A stretch of DNA of 20,080 bases from a virus (lineage: Duplodnaviria; Heunggongvirae; Uroviricota; Caudoviricetes), in the IMG/VR virus record IMGVR_UViG_2740892269_000001. One strand, 5' to 3'. A program made the translations under genes and the position numbers. Of this stretch, positions 11,303 to 20,080 are shown one piece after another (within the stretch, counting starts at the first letter, position 1; each line of letters opens with the position of its first letter). The notes beneath the pieces were generated by a model. The model was not told the DNA's origin. It saw nothing but the letters and a program-made list of their open reading frames with translations, and ran no database searches.

Positions 11303-13856
11303 ACCGGTAGGCGATCTGGTCGTTGATTTGAGTCTGGATGCGGCCAGATTTGACGAGCAGATGGCCAGAGTCAGGCGTCATTTTTCCGGTACGGAAAGTG
11401 ATGCGAAAAAAACAGCGGCAGTCGTTGAACAGTCGCTGAGCCGACAGGCGCTGGCTGCACAGAAAGCGGGGATTTCCGTCGGGCAGTATAAAGCCGCCAT
11501 GCGTATGCTGCCTGCACAGTTCACCGACGTGGCCACGCAGCTTGCAGGGGGGCAGAATCCCTGGCTGATCCTGCTGCAACAGGGTGGTCAGGTTAAGGAC
11601 TCCTTCGGCGGGATGATCCCCATGTTCAGGGGGCTTGCCGGCGCGATCACCCTGCCGATGGTGGGGGCCACCTCGCTGGCGGTGGCGACCGGTGCGCTGG
11701 CGTATGCCTGGTATCAGGGCAACTCAACCCTGTCCGATTTCAACAAAACGCTGGTCCTTTCCGGTAATCAGGCGGGACTGACGGCAGATCGTATGCTGGT
11801 CCTGTCCAGAGCCGGGCAGGCGGCAGGGCTGACGTTTAACCAGACCAGCGAGTCACTCAGCGCACTGGTTAAGGCGGGGGTAAGCGGTGAGGCTCAGATT
11901 GCGTCCATCAGCCAGAGTGTGGCGCGTTTCTCCTATGCATCCGGCGTGGAGGTGGACAAGGTCGCTGAAGCCTTCGGGAAGCTGACCACAGACCCGACGT
12001 CGGGGCTGACGGCGATGGCACGCCAGTTCCATAACGTGACGGCGGAGCAGATTGCGTATGTTGCTCAGTTGCAGCGTTCCGGCGATGAAGCCGGGGCATT
12101 GCAGGCGGCGAACGAGGCCGCAACGAAAGGGTTTGATGACCAGACCCGCCGCCTGAAAGAGAACATGGGCACGCTGGAGACCTGGGCAGACAGGACTGCA
12201 CGTGCATTCAAATCCATGTGGGATGCGGTGCTGGATATTGGTCGTCCTGATACCGCGCAGGAGATGCTGATTAAGGCAGAGGCTGCGTTTAAGAAAGCAG
12301 ACGACATCTGGAATCTGCGCAAGGATGATTATTTCGTTAACGATGAAGCACGGGCGCGTTACTGGGATGATCGTGAAAAAAAACGCCTGGAGCGGGATGC
12401 AGCCCAAAAGAGGGTAGATCAACAGCGTCAACAGGACAAAAATGCGCAGCAGCAGAGCGATACCGAAGCGTCACGGCTGAAATATACCGAAGAGGCGCAG
12501 AAGGCTTACGAACGGCTGCAGACGCCGCTGGAGAAATATACCGCCCGTCAGGAAGAACTGAACAAGGCACTGAAAGACGGAAAAATCCTGCAGGCAGATT
12601 ACAACACGCTGATGGCGGCGGCGAAAAAGGATTATGAAGCGACGCTGAAAAAGCCGAAACAGTCCGGCGTGAAGGTGTATGCGGGCGATCGTCAGGAAGA
12701 CAGTGCTCATGCGGCCCTGCTGACGCTTCAGGCAGAACTCCGGACGCTGGAGAAGCATGCCGGAGCGAATGAGAAAATCAGCCAGCAGCGCCGGGATTTG
12801 TGGAAGGCAGAAAGTCAGTTCGCGGTACTGGAGGAGGCGGCACAACGTCGCCAGCTGTCCGCACAGGAGAAATCCCTGCTGGCGCATAAAGACGAGACGC
12901 TGGAGTACAAACGCCAGCTGGCTGCACTTGGTGACAAGGTTACGTATCAGGAGCACCTGAATGCGCTGGCGCAGCAGGCGGATAAATTCGCACAGCAGCA
13001 ACGGGCAAAACGGGCAGCCATTGATGCGAAAAACCGGGGGCTGACTGACCGGCAGGCAGCGCGGGAAGCCACGGAACAGCGCCTGAAGGAACAGTATGGC
13101 GATAATCCTCTGGCGCTGAATAACGTCATGTCAGAGCAGAAAAAGACCTGGGCGGCTGAAGACCAGCTTCGCGGGAGCTGGATGGCAGGCCTGAAGTCCG
13201 GCTGGAGTGAGTGGGAAGAGAGCGCCACGGACAGTATGTCACAGGTTAAAAGTGCAGCCACGCAGACCTTTGATGGTATTGCACAGAATATGGCGGCGAT
13301 GCTGACCGGCAGTGAACAGAACTGGCGCAGCTTCACCCGCTCCGTGCTGTCCATGATGACAGAAATTCTGCTTAAGCAGGCAATGGTGGGGATTGTCGGG
13401 AGTATCGGCAGCGCCATTGGCGGGGCTGTTGGTGGCGGCGCATCCGCGTCAGGTGGTACAGCCATTCAGGCCGCTGCGGTGAAATTCCATTTTGCAACCG
13501 GGGGATTTACGGGAACCGGCGGCAAATATGAGCCAGCGGGGATTGTTCACCGTGGTGAATTTGTCTTCACGAAGGAGGCAACCAGCCGGATTGGCGTGGG
13601 GAATCTCTACCGGCTGATGCGCGGCTATGCGGAAGGTGGTTATGTGGGCGGTGCCGGAAGTCCGGCGCAGATGCGGCGGGCTGAAGGCATTAATTTTAAT
13701 CAGAACAATCACGTGGTGATTCAGAACGACGGTACGAATGGTCTGCCAGGTCCACAGATGATGAAGGCCGTGTATGACATGGCCCGCAAGGGTGCCCGTG
13801 ATGAAATTCAGACACAGATGCGTGATGGTGGCCTGTTCTCCGGAGGTGGACGATGA
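11295..13856 (+). CDS. H: Tail tape measure protein H
   Basis: 853-aa protein, the length of lambda gpH; N-terminus MAEPVGDLVVDLSLDAARFDEQMARVRRHF..., long coiled-coil-like central region and Gly-rich C-terminal region. Lies between G-T and M as expected. Confidence 0.95.
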   Translation: MAEPVGDLVVDLSLDAARFDEQMARVRRHFSGTESDAKKTAAVVEQSLSRQALAAQKAGISVGQYKAAMRMLPAQFTDVATQLAGGQNPWLILLQQGGQVKDSFGGMIPMFRGLAGAITLPMVGATSLAVATGALAYAWYQGNSTLSDFNKTLVLSGNQAGLTADRMLVLSRAGQAAGLTFNQTSESLSALVKAGVSGEAQIASISQSVARFSYASGVEVDKVAEAFGKLTTDPTSGLTAMARQFHNVTAEQIAYVAQLQRSGDEAGALQAANEAATKGFDDQTRRLKENMGTLETWADRTARAFKSMWDAVLDIGRPDTAQEMLIKAEAAFKKADDIWNLRKDDYFVNDEARARYWDDREKKRLERDAAQKRVDQQRQQDKNAQQQSDTEASRLKYTEEAQKAYERLQTPLEKYTARQEELNKALKDGKILQADYNTLMAAAKKDYEATLKKPKQSGVKVYAGDRQEDSAHAALLTLQAELRTLEKHAGANEKISQQRRDLWKAESQFAVLEEAAQRRQLSAQEKSLLAHKDETLEYKRQLAALGDKVTYQEHLNALAQQADKFAQQQRAKRAAIDAKNRGLTDRQAAREATEQRLKEQYGDNPLALNNVMSEQKKTWAAEDQLRGSWMAGLKSGWSEWEESATDSMSQVKSAATQTFDGIAQNMAAMLTGSEQNWRSFTRSVLSMMTEILLKQAMVGIVGSIGSAIGGAVGGGASASGGTAIQAAAVKFHFATGGFTGTGGKYEPAGIVHRGEFVFTKEATSRIGVGNLYRLMRGYAEGGYVGGAGSPAQMRRAEGINFNQNNHVVIQNDGTNGLPGPQMMKAVYDMARKGARDEIQTQMRDGGLFSGGGR

Positions 13857-14182
13857 AAACCTTCCGCTGGAAAGTGAAACCCGGTATGGATGTGGCTTCG
13901 GCCCCTTCTGTAAGAAAGGTGCGCTTTGGTGATGGCTATTCCCAGCGAGCGCCTGCCGGGCTGAATGCCAACCTGAAAACGTACAGCGTGACGCTTTCTG
14001 TCCCCCGTGAGGAGGCCATGGTACTGGAGTCGTTTCTGGAAGAGCACGGGGGCTGGAAAGCCTTTCTGTGGACGCCGCCTTATGAGTGGCGGCAGATAAA
14101 GGTGACCTGCGCAAAATGGTCGTCGCGGGTCAGTATGCTGCGTGTTGAGTTCAGCGCAGAGTTTGAACAGGTGGTGAACTGA
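13853..14182 (+). CDS. M: Tail tip protein M
   Basis: 109-aa protein MKTFRWKVKPGMDVASAPSVRKVRFGDGYSQRAP... recognised as gpM; stop overlaps the L start. Confidence 0.9.
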   Translation: MKTFRWKVKPGMDVASAPSVRKVRFGDGYSQRAPAGLNANLKTYSVTLSVPREEAMVLESFLEEHGGWKAFLWTPPYEWRQIKVTCAKWSSRVSMLRVEFSAEFEQVVN

Positions 14183-14880
14183 TGCAGGATATCCGGCAGG
14201 AAACACTGAATGAATGCACCCGTGCGGAGCAGTCGGCCAGCGTGGTGCTCTGGGAAATCGATCTGACAGAGGTCGGTGGAGAACGTTATTTTTTCTGTAA
14301 TGAGCAGAACGAAAAAGGTGAGCCGGTCACCTGGCAGGGGCGACAGTATCAGCCGTATCCCATTCAGGGGAGTGGTTTTGAACTGAATGGCAAAGGCACC
14401 AGTACGCGCCCCACGCTGATGGTTTCTAACCTGTACGGTATGGTCACCGGGATGGCGGAAGATCTACAGAGTCTGGTCGGCGGAACGGTGGTCCGGCGTA
14501 AGGTTTACGCCCGTTTTCTGGATGCGGTGAACTTCGTCAACGGAAACAGTGACGCCGATCCGGAGCAGGAGGTGATCAGCCGCTGGCGCATTGAGCAGTG
14601 CAGCGAACTGAGCGCGGTGAGTGCCTCTTTTGTACTGTCCACGCCGACGGAAACAGATGGCGCTGTTTTTCCGGGACGTATCATGCTGGCCAACACCTGC
14701 ACCTGGACCTATCGCGGCGATGAGTGCGGTTATCACGGTCCGGCGGTCGCGGATGAATATGACCAGCCAACGTCCGATATCACGAAGGATAAATGCAGCA
14801 AATGCCTGAGTGGTTGCAAGTTCCGCAATAACGTCGGCAACTTTGGCGGCTTCCTTTCCATTAACAAACTTTCGCAGTAA
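14182..14880 (+). CDS. L: Tail tip protein L
   Basis: 232-aa protein MQDIRQETLNECTRAEQSASVVLWEIDL... with C-terminal Cys cluster (CTWTYRGDECGYHG...CSKCLSGC) recognised as gpL. Confidence 0.92.
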   Translation: MQDIRQETLNECTRAEQSASVVLWEIDLTEVGGERYFFCNEQNEKGEPVTWQGRQYQPYPIQGSGFELNGKGTSTRPTLMVSNLYGMVTGMAEDLQSLVGGTVVRRKVYARFLDAVNFVNGNSDADPEQEVISRWRIEQCSELSAVSASFVLSTPTETDGAVFPGRIMLANTCTWTYRGDECGYHGPAVADEYDQPTSDITKDKCSKCLSGCKFRNNVGNFGGFLSINKLSQ

Positions 14881-14885
14881 ATCCC

Positions 14886-15629
14886 ATGACAGAGACAGAA
14901 TCAGCGATTCTGGCGCACGCCCGGCGATGTGCGCCAGCGGAGTCGTGCGGCTTCGTGGTGAGAACGCCGGAGGGGGAAAGATATTTTCCCTGCGTGAATA
15001 TTTCCGGTGAGCCGGAGGAGTATTTCCGGATGGCTCCGGAGGACTGGCTGCAGGCAGAGATGCAGGGTGAGATTGTGGCACTGGTCCACAGCCACCCCGG
15101 TGGTCTGCCCTGGCTGAGTGAGGCCGACCGGCGGCTGCAGGTGCAGAGTGATTTGCCGTGGTGGCTGGTCTGCCGGGGGGCGATTCACAAGTTCCGCTGT
15201 GTGCCACATCTTACCGGGCGGCGCTTTGAGCACGGGGTGACGGACTGTTACACGCTGTTCCGGGATGCTTACCATCTGGCGGGGATTGAGATGCCGGATT
15301 TTCATCGTGAGGATGACTGGTGGCGTCACGGTCAGAATCTCTATCTGGATAATCTGGAGGCCACAGGGCTGTATCAGGTGCCGTTGTCAGCGGCGCAGCC
15401 GGGCGATGTGCTGCTGTGCTGTTTTGGTTCATCGGTGCCGAATCATGCCGCCATTTACTGTGGTGATGGCGAGCTGCTGCACCATATTCCTGAACAACTG
15501 AGCAAACGAGAGAGGTATACCGACAAATGGCAGCGACGCACACACTCCCTCTGGCGTCACCGGGCATGGCACGCATCTGCCTTTACGGGGATTTGCAACG
15601 ATTTGGCCGCCGCATCGACCTTCGTGTGA
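14886..15629 (+). CDS. K: Tail tip assembly protein K, full-length 247-aa form with N-terminal JAB/MPN (JAMM) domain and C-terminal NlpC/P60-like domain
   Basis: ORF starts 6 nt after the L stop. Complete JAMM motif present: upstream Glu (PAESCGF) then HSHPGGLPWLSEAD (H-x-H-x7-S-x2-D). C-terminal region has an NlpC/P60-like Cys (GVTDCYTLF) and His (NHAAIY...HH). The classically annotated lambda K start corresponds to the internal Met at 15030 (MAPEDWLQ...). Confidence 0.8.
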   Translation: MTETESAILAHARRCAPAESCGFVVRTPEGERYFPCVNISGEPEEYFRMAPEDWLQAEMQGEIVALVHSHPGGLPWLSEADRRLQVQSDLPWWLVCRGAIHKFRCVPHLTGRRFEHGVTDCYTLFRDAYHLAGIEMPDFHREDDWWRHGQNLYLDNLEATGLYQVPLSAAQPGDVLLCCFGSSVPNHAAIYCGDGELLHHIPEQLSKRERYTDKWQRRTHSLWRHRAWHASAFTGICNDLAAASTFV

Positions 15630-16198
15630 AAACGGGTGCCGAAGCCATCCGGGCGATGGCCACACAGCTCCCTGCGTTTCGTCAGAAGCTGAGCGACGGC
15701 TGGTATCAGGTGCGTATTGCCGGGCAGGATGTTAGCACGTCCGGATTAACGGCACAGTTACATGAGGCTCTGCCTGACGGCGCTGTGATTCATATTGTTC
15801 CCAGAGTCGCCGGGGCCAAGTCAGGTGGTGTATTCCAGATTGTCCTGGGAGCAGCCGCCATTGCCGGATCATTCTTTACCGCCGGAGCCACCCTTGCAGC
15901 ATGGGGGGCTGCCATTGGTGCCGGTGGTATGACCGGCATTCTGTTTTCTCTCGGTGCCAGTATGGTGCTCGGCGGTGTGGCTCAGATGCTGGCACCGAAA
16001 GCCAGAACTCCCCGCACACAGACAACGGATAACGGTAAGCAGAACACCTATTTCTCCTCACTGGATAACATGGTTGCCCAGGGCAATGTTATGCCTGTTC
16101 TGTATGGTGAAATGCGCGTGGGGTCACGTGTGGTATCTCAGGAGATCAGCACGGCAGACGAAGGGGACGGTGGTCAGGTTGTGGTGATTGGTCGCTGA
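15527..16198 (+). CDS. I: Tail tip assembly protein I
   Basis: 223-aa protein MAATHTLPLASPGMARICLYGDLQRFGRRIDLRVKTGAEAIRAM... recognised as gpI; overlaps the 3' end of K by 103 nt in another frame, as in lambda. Confidence 0.9.
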   Translation: MAATHTLPLASPGMARICLYGDLQRFGRRIDLRVKTGAEAIRAMATQLPAFRQKLSDGWYQVRIAGQDVSTSGLTAQLHEALPDGAVIHIVPRVAGAKSGGVFQIVLGAAAIAGSFFTAGATLAAWGAAIGAGGMTGILFSLGASMVLGGVAQMLAPKARTPRTQTTDNGKQNTYFSSLDNMVAQGNVMPVLYGEMRVGSRVVSQEISTADEGDGGQVVVIGR

Positions 16199-16258
16199 TG
16201 CAAAATGTTTTATGTGAAATCGCCTCCGGGCGGTTTTATCGTTTATGGAGCATGACGA

Positions 16259-20080
<3,822 letters not shown>

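Noticed and set aside
11853-14114. Several 100-220 aa minus-strand ORFs inside H and M/L (11853-12431, 12471-13001, 12947-13465, 13449-14114)
   Set aside because: All are antisense to the clearly identified tape measure and tail-tip genes; GC-rich coding DNA commonly leaves such open antisense frames.
14464-15576. Minus-strand ORFs of 121-247 aa opposite L/K/I
   Set aside because: Antisense to recognised L, K and I genes; Pro/Arg/Ala-rich composition; no independent support.

Overview
This window is the packaging and head-tail morphogenesis arm of a lambda-like (lambdoid) siphophage, read on the + strand: cos site, then Nu1, A, W, B, C/Nu3, D, E, FI, FII, Z, U, V, G/G-T, H, M, L, K, I and the first ~3.8 kb of J, which runs off the window end. 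Gene calls rest on my recognition of the translated proteins and their tight overlapping packing; no database search was run. The right-end/left-end cos junction is intact, so the source is a prophage or a circular/concatemeric genome, not a linear virion end. Five N-runs (41-276 nt) sit inside A, B and J; they change reading frame and do not match the length of the sequence they replace, so they look like scaffold gaps of estimated size. The only part that is not standard structural module is the first ~960 bp, upstream of cos. It carries a leftward (minus-strand) cluster of a small ribbon-helix-helix-like protein, an AT-rich 136-141 aa protein and the start of a third gene. That cluster is the best candidate for an accessory, lysogen-expressed or toxin-antitoxin-like module, but I cannot assign a function from sequence alone. 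I found no CRISPR array, tRNA, rRNA or insertion sequence, and no clear defence system.
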